This document shows positions 26,585-35,567 of a DNA stretch of 64,000 nucleotides, piece by piece. The stretch is from positions 16,457 to 80,456 of the forward strand of contig DHOP01000009.1 of the NCBI GenBank assembly GCA_002407775.1, in the 5' to 3' direction. The stretch is from Prevotella sp. UBA5387. GTDB lineage: Bacteria; Bacteroidota; Bacteroidia; Bacteroidales; Bacteroidaceae. The position numbers were made by a program, and so were the translations under genes. Within the stretch, counting starts at the first letter, position 1, and each line of letters starts with the position of its first letter. The notes beneath the pieces are model-generated. The model had not been told where the DNA came from. It did not search any database and was given only the letters and a program-made list of their open reading frames with translations.

Positions 26585-27781
26585 CTACTTTTTGTCACTG
26601 GTATTAGTTGCTTCTGATATATCAACAATCTTGTTGGGCTCAAGCTTAGGGTTAGGAATATGCTTCATTAACTCGTTGATTACCCAAGCAAAAAAAATGG
26701 AAGAGGCAATGTAAAGGAGCAATCCAGCATACATATTTCCATCTCGCGATAAAGGAATAAATACCTTGCGAGTAACGGGATGAATAACAAACAATGCGGC
26801 AGAGAGCCGACCCATCCACACCAAGAAATCATAAATGGAAGTCATGAATGAACCTTTGATGTAGCGGAAAAGCTTTATGAAGTATATGCATGCAAGACAA
26901 ACCACAACCGGAACAAATGCCCATGCGTAAAAGTTGTTACTCATACTGACTACCAAAAACGTCGTAAACACCATTGACATCAATGTACCGAGTCCTCCGA
27001 TTCGTAATAAAATGATTCGTTCTCCGTAACGAGCAAAGAGCAATCCAAAGCCAAAGGGTAGCATTCCACCCATGAAATTGTAGCGATAACGATTGAGCAC
27101 CTCGCCCTCAGGCGCCATGAACAGTTGTAAGACGACACAAATCACCATCAGCCCCACGGTCCAGCCCCAGTGTCGCCGGTAAAGGAAGAGTCGATAAACA
27201 ATATATAATTGAAGCATCAACCCGAAGAACCAATAGGGCCCAGGCCATATATTGCGGTCGGGTTCAGGCAGAACATTATTGAACATTCCAAGCTGGCCGA
27301 TAACTTGCATCACCGTATAATGCCAGCGTCCTGCAGTTATCTGATCGACGAAAGTGAAGCATACGAAGCCCACAATCATCATCTTGAAGAGCTTGAGGAA
27401 ATGGTATCGGATAAAGGATAGAATTCCAACACCACGAGAAAAAGCCCCCTTACTACCCTTCTCCTTGGGAGATGGAACGGCCATTCCATATTTCCGCTCC
27501 AACCCAAAGGCACTCAGGAAAAGGAAGATGGGCACACCATAATGTCCAAAGTATGACAGCAAATGCATTGGCAATAGTCCATCGGGAGCTGCCAGAACTT
27601 GAGAAAACCAGTCCACATTGTGTTGGAAAAACTGATATTCGTTTTCCTTGACGATGGGGCCAAGCCAGTGACAGTAGTTATGAAGAACGATACCAAGTAT
27701 CGCCAAACCCCTCAGGGCATTGCATTCTGTGCGTGTCAGTAAGTCGTTATTGAGATTATGTTCCATGGAAGTGTCATTCAT
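26585..27781 (-). CDS. Acyltransferase family 3 membrane protein
   Basis: 398 aa. NALRGLAILGIVLHNY... and about 10 hydrophobic helices, as in acyltransferase-3 (OafA/NolL-like) proteins. Confidence 0.65.
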   Translation of the reverse strand: MNDTSMEHNLNNDLLTRTECNALRGLAILGIVLHNYCHWLGPIVKENEYQFFQHNVDWFSQVLAAPDGLLPMHLLSYFGHYGVPIFLFLSAFGLERKYGMAVPSPKEKGSKGAFSRGVGILSFIRYHFLKLFKMMIVGFVCFTFVDQITAGRWHYTVMQVIGQLGMFNNVLPEPDRNIWPGPYWFFGLMLQLYIVYRLFLYRRHWGWTVGLMVICVVLQLFMAPEGEVLNRYRYNFMGGMLPFGFGLLFARYGERIILLRIGGLGTLMSMVFTTFLVVSMSNNFYAWAFVPVVVCLACIYFIKLFRYIKGSFMTSIYDFLVWMGRLSAALFVIHPVTRKVFIPLSRDGNMYAGLLLYIASSIFFAWVINELMKHIPNPKLEPNKIVDISEATNTSDKK

Positions 27782-29637
27782 TGTTTTTTCATTGCTGCCT
27801 CACGAAGCTTATCATAGTCCACTGAGTTCTTCAGTATACGTGGCCTTAGCTCGTCGTAGTCGGGAGAAAGGATATTGAACTTTGCACGATAGTCTTTTGT
27901 ATGGATGCCGGCCAACCATACCATGAGGTGAGGCAAAGCGTCCGTCATAAATCGTTTGTCTTTTGCATCCTTGATCATTTTAAATACCTCAGGGTGCTTC
28001 ACTGCGTAACTATGAGAACAGTAGATCCAGAAAGGTACCTCGAATTCATAGTGCGCCAACGGCCAGTCAACCGCCGAACTATGGTTACGTCCGATAAAGT
28101 GTCGGCCCGGTTCGTAGATTTCCTCGCCATGGTCGGGCATATAAATGACAATGGCGTTTTCATTCTCAAAGCGCTGAACAATCTGATCGACAATGGAGTC
28201 ATTATATAAAACAGCATTGTCGTAATCGGCAATCATCTGTCTAGCCCTTGGCCCCAACTCGGGTCGAGCTTCCTTGTAGTCGTCTGCCTTGAACACCTGA
28301 CGGTCACTCGGATAACGCGTACGATAACTTACATGCTGGCCGATGAGGTGGAAGATAATCAGGTTATGCCCTTTGAGGTTGATAGTGCCTTTCTTTAGGA
28401 AGTTATCATAGTCATTCAGCAGACCGTCATCATAGCGATGCAGTTCTGTATTGCGTGTGTCAAACTGAGCCTTATTGAGTGTGGGATCATTAAGAAAGAA
28501 CCCTCCTGAAAAATCGTATACAGCCTCCTGTGCTTTCGGAAGGAATTGGTTAGTCATGAAGGTAACTTTATATCCTGCTTTGCGGAACAACTCAGGAAAT
28601 AGCGGATAGTCACACCACTCCCCCTTATCTCCTATCACATACATCGAAAGAAAGAGCTTGAAAACGAAGCTTGTGAGATTCCACCCACTCACCACATCAG
28701 TGAAAGACGTAAGCAATCCTTTGTCCTCGAGAAGCAACTGATGAGGAGCAGTCTTCAAACGATACCCATAAAGTTGTGAGTGAGCCTTGCTATAGCTTTC
28801 TCCTATGATAAACACGATGTTGGGTGAACGATAGGAGCAAGAATCCACTTTTGCTCGTTCGGCGGCTATTATACATCTATCAATCTGTTTGGCAGCCAAC
28901 ATATTGCTATAAACTGAGAAAGCTAGACGATATATGGGCAGGTAAAACTCAGCATGGTCCTTCTCGGTAAGCAAATGCTCCACGTTACCAATTGTGGGTG
29001 CTGTCATCATGCGCGTCATCTGACGCTTGTTTTGCCAGCTATCAATGATACCAAAAACAAGTAGCACAAGCACCAACATGCCACCCAAGACATCTATTCT
29101 TTGTTGTCGCAACCTAACGGCAAAGCGTCTTAATTTACCCCGAATGAGCAAGCCTTGACGGGGGTCTAGAAAGCGCAGAATAGTGTGTCTTGACTTCCAT
29201 GCAAGATGCAAGAGCATGAGCAGGAATATCCAGAAAAGGGGTGAAAACAAAACATCGGAAGAAAGATAGGTTTGCAAAAATTCTCCCGCCTCACGGCTGT
29301 CCGTCTCGCTAACGAGCAACAGCATTGTGGGATTTAGCGTTGAACCAAACTTCCAGAAGCAGTATACATCCACTATGGCCACGGCATATAGCACGGCATA
29401 CAACAACATCCGAATCCACGAACGAATGTGACGAGGAAAGATGGCTAATACAACACAAACAAAATAGATATCGACAAAAAGCTCCAGAAACAGATTGTCA
29501 TAGAGCTTCGCACTCCTTGTTTCGGGAAGTGTGAGCACAGCACAAAGCACCCCAAGGATGTACATCGTCACGAAGAATGTACGGTTCTTCGCGATAGGCA
29601 TTAGCAACCAACGTGCTATACGTCTCAATCGCTTCAT
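27778..29637 (-). CDS. Membrane-anchored alkaline-phosphatase-superfamily transferase (EptA/LtaS/OpgB-like; phosphoethanolamine or phosphoglycerol transferase-like)
   Basis: 619 aa. N-terminal TM bundle, then a sulfatase-like domain (NIVFIIGESYSKAHSQLYGY, IFHLIGQH, VIYMPDHGEE). Substrate cannot be determined from the sequence. Confidence 0.6.
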   Translation of the reverse strand: MKRLRRIARWLLMPIAKNRTFFVTMYILGVLCAVLTLPETRSAKLYDNLFLELFVDIYFVCVVLAIFPRHIRSWIRMLLYAVLYAVAIVDVYCFWKFGSTLNPTMLLLVSETDSREAGEFLQTYLSSDVLFSPLFWIFLLMLLHLAWKSRHTILRFLDPRQGLLIRGKLRRFAVRLRQQRIDVLGGMLVLVLLVFGIIDSWQNKRQMTRMMTAPTIGNVEHLLTEKDHAEFYLPIYRLAFSVYSNMLAAKQIDRCIIAAERAKVDSCSYRSPNIVFIIGESYSKAHSQLYGYRLKTAPHQLLLEDKGLLTSFTDVVSGWNLTSFVFKLFLSMYVIGDKGEWCDYPLFPELFRKAGYKVTFMTNQFLPKAQEAVYDFSGGFFLNDPTLNKAQFDTRNTELHRYDDGLLNDYDNFLKKGTINLKGHNLIIFHLIGQHVSYRTRYPSDRQVFKADDYKEARPELGPRARQMIADYDNAVLYNDSIVDQIVQRFENENAIVIYMPDHGEEIYEPGRHFIGRNHSSAVDWPLAHYEFEVPFWIYCSHSYAVKHPEVFKMIKDAKDKRFMTDALPHLMVWLAGIHTKDYRAKFNILSPDYDELRPRILKNSVDYDKLREAAMKKQ

Positions 29638-29660
29638 TGTTTACAAATACTTCCCTTTTG

Positions 29661-29668
29661 CAAAAGTA
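29661..29668 (-). promoter_or_regulatory. Candidate -7 box (TACTTTTG) for the 8-gene envelope-decoration operon
   Basis: The minus strand reads TACTTTTG, 24 nt upstream of ATG 29637. Downstream genes are separated by 36 nt or less, or overlap. Confidence 0.45.
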
Positions 29669-29725
29669 GTATAAAATCTGTAAAAAGTCACGTTAATACG
29701 CTAAATTAACGCTTCTACTTTACTG

Positions 29726-30418
29726 TCATCGATAGTAGGTCATTACCATGTCCCGAATACTTGGTGGTACAAGCCCATCAATAGGCTGACCAGACCTCAC
29801 ACGCCTTCGAATATCAGTGCTACTCACTTCATATAGCTTGGTATCGAGAAGATGCACTGAAGGCGGAAGGATCGTGTCGTCAACCGAGTAATTCCTACGA
29901 GGATAGACAACGATTTCATAATGGGCAAGGATGTCGCTGGGATGCGCCCAACGATCGAATGCCAGCCAGTTGTCGGCACCAATAAGTAGTACAAAGGTAC
30001 GGTCGGGATAGTCGTTGGTCAGGTTTTGCAGCGTATTCCAGGTGTATGAAGGCTTCGGCAAATGAAATTCATAGTCGGAAGCAATCATATTTGGCTCATC
30101 GGCCAAACCCACTCGTGTCATCTCCAAGCGCAAATCGTCGTCAATAAGATCCGTGGCATTTGTCTTGAAAGGATTTAGTGGTGTGACCACAAACCATATT
30201 TCGTCGAGCTGTGCCTTACTCAGTAGCTGCCTTGCCAATGCAATGTGGCCTGCATGCAAAGGATTGAAACTACCGCCGAAAAAACCTGTACGTTTGGTAG
30301 CGGAGCCTTGGTTTTGTAAGGACTGAGCACTATTTTCCTCACCTATGACTGTGTTTGCTTGGGAAGCAGAGTGCAACTCTGCTCTGTTGGCGGATGATTT
30401 GAATGATGAGGAGGACAT
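29726..30418 (-). CDS. nadD: Nicotinate-nucleotide adenylyltransferase
   Basis: GGSFNPLHAGHIALA (HxGH-type nucleotidyltransferase motif) and the rest is NadD-like. Carries a ~45-aa S/N/Q-rich N-terminal extension. ATG 30418 chosen over the GTG at 30442, which overlaps gmk. Confidence 0.8.
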   Translation of the reverse strand: MSSSSFKSSANRAELHSASQANTVIGEENSAQSLQNQGSATKRTGFFGGSFNPLHAGHIALARQLLSKAQLDEIWFVVTPLNPFKTNATDLIDDDLRLEMTRVGLADEPNMIASDYEFHLPKPSYTWNTLQNLTNDYPDRTFVLLIGADNWLAFDRWAHPSDILAHYEIVVYPRRNYSVDDTILPPSVHLLDTKLYEVSSTDIRRRVRSGQPIDGLVPPSIRDMVMTYYR

Positions 30419-30422
30419 TTGA

Positions 30423-31055
30423 TTAAGCTTTAAGAAACTCACTTACCACACGATAGGCTTCTGCTTCGGCTTTTACAAGGTCGTCATTGATGATCACATG
30501 ATCAAATTTTGAGGCGAAAGTCAACTCGTAAGCGGCTTTTGCCAAACGCTCTTCGATGACTTCTGGAGCATCAGTGGCACGACTCACCAATCTTCGTCTG
30601 AGCTCATCAATAGATGGGGGTTGTATGAAAAGGCTTAATGCCCTGTCTCCATAATACTGCTTAATATTGCAGCCACCCTTGACATCAACATCAAAAACTA
30701 CATTTTGGCCTGCCTCACACTGGCTCTCTACCTGCGACTTGAGCGTGCCATAGAAGCGGTCAGGATATACTTCCTCATACTCCAAGAACTCCTCTGCCGC
30801 TATCTTTGACCTAAAATCCTCAGGAGAAATAAAAAAATATTCCACTCCACTGCGCTCCATTCCACGAGGTTGGCGGCTGGTACACGAAATGGAAAAAGCC
30901 AAGTGCAACTCGGGATGCTCCTTCATCAAGTAGTTCACAATAGTACTCTTGCCACTACCACTGGGTGCGCTGAAGATGATGAGACGAGCTCGTCCCTTGT
31001 CCTTGCAGACCTTTTTGTCGGGGTTTGATGGTTGTATATCGTTGTTATTTTGCAT
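30423..31055 (-). CDS. gmk: Guanylate kinase
   Basis: P-loop SAPSGSGKST, TSRQPRGMERSGVEYFF and a typical Gmk length. Confidence 0.9.
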   Translation of the reverse strand: MQNNNDIQPSNPDKKVCKDKGRARLIIFSAPSGSGKSTIVNYLMKEHPELHLAFSISCTSRQPRGMERSGVEYFFISPEDFRSKIAAEEFLEYEEVYPDRFYGTLKSQVESQCEAGQNVVFDVDVKGGCNIKQYYGDRALSLFIQPPSIDELRRRLVSRATDAPEVIEERLAKAAYELTFASKFDHVIINDDLVKAEAEAYRVVSEFLKA

Positions 31056-31109
31056 AGTCTAGCATGTCGTTAATTCAAGTATTGACCGCGATTGAAGTCT
31101 TTCGAGGTT

Positions 31110-31194
31110 GTGATTCAAATTGATTCATGCTGTGTTTCAAATTGAATCACACTGTGAATCAATTTGATTTACTCAGTGAAACAAATTGATTCAC
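31110..31194 (-). repeat. Array C of the repeat family (4 units, inverted relative to A/B/E)
   Basis: Plus-strand units start at 31110, 31132, 31154 and 31176: GTGATTCAAATTGATTCAT, GTGTTTCAAATTGAATCAC, GTGAATCAATTTGATTTAC, GTGAAACAAATTGATTCAC. Exact 22-bp period. Three of four cores read CAAATTG. Confidence 0.95.
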
Positions 31195-31268
31195 GACACC
31201 GAAGCTATCACTTGTTGCCCTGAAAGGGCTTTTCTGTTAATCCGAAAGGGGAGATTTATGCTTTTCTA

Positions 31269-32144
31269 TCAAAGTGCATTGAGCACCTGTTCCTTGATTT
31301 GCTCCAACTCGTCCTTCATCTGCACCACGATATTCTGCATCTCAGCTTGGTTGCTCTTGGAACCAGTGGTATTTATTTCACGTCCCATCTCTTGGGCGAT
31401 GAATCCAAGTTTCTTACCCACAGGTTGGTCTTCAGCCATTGTTTCGCGGAAATACTTCAGGTGATTAGTCAAGCGCTGCTTCTCCTCGCTGATATCAAGC
31501 TTCTCGATATAGTATATGAGTTCTTGCTCCAAGCGGTTCTTATTATAATCGACTTCGGGTATCTGTTCCAATCCTTTGACAATAGTATCCTTGATTTTGG
31601 GCACCCTACTAGCCTCGAATGGTTCGATTTCATGGAGCAAACGCTCAATATTGTCCACCTTTTCATGGAACTTCTTTTCGAGGGCCGCGCCTTCTTGATG
31701 GCGGAATTTGAGGAGTTCCTCGATAGCTTGGTCTATCGCCCCATCGGCAACTTCCCACTCCTCCTCATTAAGTTGTTCAACATCCGTCTTCAAAAGTACA
31801 TCGGGTAGTCCTAACAATGTAGAATACCAGTCCTGAGGTTCGGGAATACCCGTACTTGCAGAGATTTCCTTAATTTGTCGGTAATAGTTCTCCATGAGAG
31901 TCGCGTTGATTGGCGTGGCATCCTGAAGGTTGTTCTTTTCTATCCAAATGGCAAAATCTACCTTACCGCGTTGCATTGTTTTGGAAAGCTTAAGACGTAT
32001 CTCCATTTCCTTCTCACGGTAGAGAGGGGCAATGCGAGCAGATAGATCGAGGTTCTTGCTATTGAGCGATTTAATCTCGACATTGATTTTTTTGTCCTTG
32101 TAATTGGCAACAGCTTTGCCAAAACCTGTCATGGATTGTATCAT
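31269..32144 (-). CDS. yicC: YicC-family stress-induced protein
   Basis: 291 aa. MTGFGKA N-terminus, YicC-like C-terminal region (EMGREINTTGSKS). Confidence 0.85.
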   Translation of the reverse strand: MIQSMTGFGKAVANYKDKKINVEIKSLNSKNLDLSARIAPLYREKEMEIRLKLSKTMQRGKVDFAIWIEKNNLQDATPINATLMENYYRQIKEISASTGIPEPQDWYSTLLGLPDVLLKTDVEQLNEEEWEVADGAIDQAIEELLKFRHQEGAALEKKFHEKVDNIERLLHEIEPFEASRVPKIKDTIVKGLEQIPEVDYNKNRLEQELIYYIEKLDISEEKQRLTNHLKYFRETMAEDQPVGKKLGFIAQEMGREINTTGSKSNQAEMQNIVVQMKDELEQIKEQVLNAL

Positions 32145-32167
32145 AGTCTGTATCAGTTAAATTTATG

Positions 32168-32175
32168 CAAAAGTA
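32168..32175 (-). promoter_or_regulatory. Candidate -7 box (TACTTTTG) for yicC
   Basis: The minus strand reads TACTTTTG, 24 nt upstream of ATG 32144. Confidence 0.45.
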
Positions 32176-32197
32176 CATATTTTGTAGGAAAAAAGCG

Positions 32198-32205
32198 TAA
32201 ATTTG
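32198..32205 (+). promoter_or_regulatory. Candidate -7 box (TAAATTTG) for tsaB
   Basis: TAAATTTG lies 41 nt upstream of ATG 32246, divergent from the yicC box. Confidence 0.4.
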
Positions 32206-32245
32206 CGATTTATTATGACAACCGCATAAGCACAACAGGAAGATT

Positions 32246-32938
32246 ATGTCTTGCATTTTGAATATAGAGACGAGCACTGACGTGTGCTCGGTAGCCGTCA
32301 GCGATGACGGAGCATGCATCTTTGATAAACAGGACCATAGTGGGTCAAACCATGCCGAGCGTCTCGGCACATTCGTAGACGAGGCTCTCTCCTTTGCAGA
32401 CAGCCATGCTATACCCCTTGACGCGGTGGCTGTGAGTTGTGGTCCAGGATCTTATACTGGCTTGCGCATTGGCGTTTCCATGGCCAAGGGTGTGTGTTAC
32501 GGACGTGGCGTAAAGCTCATCGGTGTGCCTACGTTAGAGTTACTCTGTGTTCCTGTACTGCTTCATGAGATGATAGTCGAGCCCGACGCTTTGCTCTGCC
32601 CTATGCTTGATGCCCGAAGGATGGAGGTTTATGCACAGGTTTTCGATCGCTCTCTGAAGGAAGTTCATTCTATTCACGCAACTGTGGTGGAGGAAGATAC
32701 CTACAAAGAATATTTGGATAAATACCCTGTTTATTTCTTTGGCAATGGTGCCAAGAAGTGCCGCGAGATTATCCATCACCCCAATGCACATTTTATCGAT
32801 GACATCGAGCCTTTGGCCAAAAACATGTTACCCCTCGCCGAGAAGCGCATTGCTAAAGAGCGATATGAGGATGTGGCTTATTTCGTGCCCTTTTACCTTA
32901 AGGATTTCGTGGCCAAAATGCCACGCAAGTTGCTATAA
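32246..32938 (+). CDS. tsaB: tRNA threonylcarbamoyladenosine biosynthesis protein TsaB
   Basis: ILNIETSTDVCSVAV and GPGSYTGLRIG motifs; 230 aa. Confidence 0.85.
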   Translation: MSCILNIETSTDVCSVAVSDDGACIFDKQDHSGSNHAERLGTFVDEALSFADSHAIPLDAVAVSCGPGSYTGLRIGVSMAKGVCYGRGVKLIGVPTLELLCVPVLLHEMIVEPDALLCPMLDARRMEVYAQVFDRSLKEVHSIHATVVEEDTYKEYLDKYPVYFFGNGAKKCREIIHHPNAHFIDDIEPLAKNMLPLAEKRIAKERYEDVAYFVPFYLKDFVAKMPRKLL

Positions 32939-33003
32939 ATCAAACATAACGTTTTGCTGAGGGCAATGTCTCTCACTAACTTTCATTTTTAACAACACAA
33001 TTT

Positions 33004-33594
33004 ATGAACATCGACGGATTAGACTATAACACTCAGCGAGAAACTCTAGTGCTACCCGAATATGGACGTGAGGTACAGCGCATGGTCGACTATGCACTAT
33101 CATTAACTGACCGTGCTGAACGACAGAGGTGCGCAGAAACCATCGTTACGACAATGGAGCGCATGTTTCCACAGAGCAAGGCTAACGCCGACAGCAAACA
33201 GAAGTTCTGGGATCACCTTGCCATTATGAGTGATTTCAAGCTTGATATTGATTGGCCTTACGACATTTCCCAGGCCAAGACCATCAACTCCAAACCGGAA
33301 TCGATGGGCTATCCTATGCAAAGGATACCTATAAGGCATTATGGAAGACTGATTTTCGAGAGCTTTGAAAAGCTCAAGACCATGGAACCAGGAGAGGAAC
33401 GCGAGGCTCTTGCGAGACTGACAGCCAACCAAATGAAGCGCGACCTCATGCAATGGAGTCATAGCTATAGCGACGACAAAGTCGCAGATGACCTTGCGCG
33501 CTACACCGATGGCAAGATTCAGTTGAATCTCGATACCTTCAAGTTTGAAAAAATAGTCATTCCCACACCCGAGAAAAAGCGTAAACGCAAGTAA
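33004..33594 (+). CDS. DUF4290-like conserved Bacteroidetes protein
   Basis: 196 aa. LVLPEYGREVQRMVDY resembles the DUF4290 family, which usually precedes murA in Bacteroidetes. Assignment is from memory. Confidence 0.5.
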   Translation: MNIDGLDYNTQRETLVLPEYGREVQRMVDYALSLTDRAERQRCAETIVTTMERMFPQSKANADSKQKFWDHLAIMSDFKLDIDWPYDISQAKTINSKPESMGYPMQRIPIRHYGRLIFESFEKLKTMEPGEEREALARLTANQMKRDLMQWSHSYSDDKVADDLARYTDGKIQLNLDTFKFEKIVIPTPEKKRKRK

Positions 33595-33596
33595 GC

Positions 33597-34919
33597 ATGG
33601 AGTCATTCATTATTGAAGGCGGGCATCAGCTCTGCGGCGAGATCACACCACAGGGTGCCAAGAACGAGGCGCTTGAGGTCATCAGTGCAACAATGCTGAC
33701 CACCGAAAAGGTGCGTATCAGCAACATCCCAGACATTCTTGACGTAAACAACCTCATCCAATTATTGCGCGACATCGGCGTGAAGGTCGAGTGCAACGGT
33801 CGAGGCGACTATACGTTCCAGGCCGATGACTTGAACCTCGACTATCTCGACAGCCTTGAATTTGTCAAGAAATGCTCCTCACTTCGCGGCTCAGTGCTGA
33901 TGATAGGACCGTTACTTGGTCGCTTCGGAAGAGCCATTATTGCTAAGCCCGGAGGCGACAAGATAGGACGTAGACGTCTAGATACTCACTTCCTAGGTTT
34001 CAGAAATCTCGGTGCAAGATTCATCAAGGACGAGCAACGAGACGTTTATCTCATAGAGGCAAAGCGCTTGAAGGGTACCTATATGTTGCTCGACGAGGCT
34101 TCGGTTACAGGTACTGCCAACATCATTATGGCCGCCGTGATGGCCAAAGGTGTGACAACGATTTACAATGCAGCCTCTGAACCATATATCCAACAGCTGT
34201 GCCACTTGCTCAATGCCATGGGGGCGAGCATATCAGGTATCGGTAGTAACCTGCTGACTATTGTGGGGGTGGATAGCCTCCACGGTGCAACCCACAGGCT
34301 ATTGCCCGATATGATTGAGGTCGGTTCATTCATAGGCATGGCGGCAATGGTAGGTAACGGCGTGCGAATCAAGGACGTTTCACTACGCAATCTTGGTATC
34401 ATTCCCGATGCCTTTAGGCGCATCGGTGTGAAGATTAAGGAGGAAGGAGATGACCTTTACATACCTCATCAGCCACATTATCAAGTCGAATCGTTCATCG
34501 ATGGTACGATTATGACTCTTTCAGACGCACCTTGGCCAGGACTGACTCCTGACCTCTTGTCAGTGCTTCTCGTTGTCGGTACACAGGCTAGAGGGACCGT
34601 TCTCATTCACCAAAAGATGTTTGAGAGCCGTCTCTTCTTTGTTGACAAACTCATAGACATGGGTGCTCAGATTATCCTTTGTGATCCACACAGAGCCGTA
34701 GTCGTTGGCCAGGACCATCGCATAAAGCTTCGTGCTGGTAAGATGACAAGCCCGGATATCCGCGCCGGTATCGCTTTGCTTATTGCTGCAATGAGTGCTG
34801 ACGGCACAAGTCGCATTGATAACATTGCTCAAATAGACCGTGGCTATGAGGATATTGAGCAACGACTCAACAATTTGGGAGCCAAAATTAAGCGCGTCGA
34901 TGATTGTTCGATCGTGTGA
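33597..34919 (+). CDS. murA: UDP-N-acetylglucosamine 1-carboxyvinyltransferase
   Basis: 440 aa. GAKNEAL, GGDKIGRRRLDTH and full-length MurA-like sequence. Confidence 0.9.
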   Translation: MESFIIEGGHQLCGEITPQGAKNEALEVISATMLTTEKVRISNIPDILDVNNLIQLLRDIGVKVECNGRGDYTFQADDLNLDYLDSLEFVKKCSSLRGSVLMIGPLLGRFGRAIIAKPGGDKIGRRRLDTHFLGFRNLGARFIKDEQRDVYLIEAKRLKGTYMLLDEASVTGTANIIMAAVMAKGVTTIYNAASEPYIQQLCHLLNAMGASISGIGSNLLTIVGVDSLHGATHRLLPDMIEVGSFIGMAAMVGNGVRIKDVSLRNLGIIPDAFRRIGVKIKEEGDDLYIPHQPHYQVESFIDGTIMTLSDAPWPGLTPDLLSVLLVVGTQARGTVLIHQKMFESRLFFVDKLIDMGAQIILCDPHRAVVVGQDHRIKLRAGKMTSPDIRAGIALLIAAMSADGTSRIDNIAQIDRGYEDIEQRLNNLGAKIKRVDDCSIV

Positions 34920-34943
34920 TAGTAAAGAATAGCCAATACAAGA

Positions 34944-35465
34944 ATGATTAGACGGGACGAAGTTTACCGCATTGGACGCATAGGAAAACCTCACGGAGTG
35001 AAGGGCGAAATGACGTTCCAGTTCGACGACGATGTCTTTGATCGCGTGGAATCCGACTATCTTTTCATCGAGATTGATGGCATTTTGGTGCCATTTTTCA
35101 TAAGTGAATATCGCTTTCGGAGCAACGAAACAGCATTGGTTACGTTCGAGGACATTGACAGCGAAGAACAAGCCAAAGAGCTGACAGGGTGTGATGTCTA
35201 TTTTCCCAATCAGGAACTTGATGGCGATGAAAACGAGATTTCGTGGGCAGAGCTTATCGGTTATCAGATCGTTGATGCCAATTCAAATGATGTTGTCGGC
35301 ACCATAGATCGCATTGACGACACGACAATCAATACCCTCTTTGAGCTTTCGCAGGCCGATGGAACTGAGTTACTAGTGCCTGCCAGTCCCGAAATCATCA
35401 CCAACATAGATGTAGAACAGCGTATTATAACTATGAACATCCCAGAAGGGTTGCTCAACCTATAA
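34944..35465 (+). CDS. rimM: 16S rRNA processing protein RimM
   Basis: 173 aa. IGRIGKPHGVKGEM N-terminus and PRC-barrel-like C-terminus. Confidence 0.85.
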   Translation: MIRRDEVYRIGRIGKPHGVKGEMTFQFDDDVFDRVESDYLFIEIDGILVPFFISEYRFRSNETALVTFEDIDSEEQAKELTGCDVYFPNQELDGDENEISWAELIGYQIVDANSNDVVGTIDRIDDTTINTLFELSQADGTELLVPASPEIITNIDVEQRIITMNIPEGLLNL

Positions 35466-35567
35466 GCGTGTGCAAAACTCAAAATGAGTAAGTTCACCAT
35501 TTAGGTGAATATTGAAAGGTCCTTAGATGAGACCTTCCAGACTTTAGCGACAAAACAAGGAATTGTA

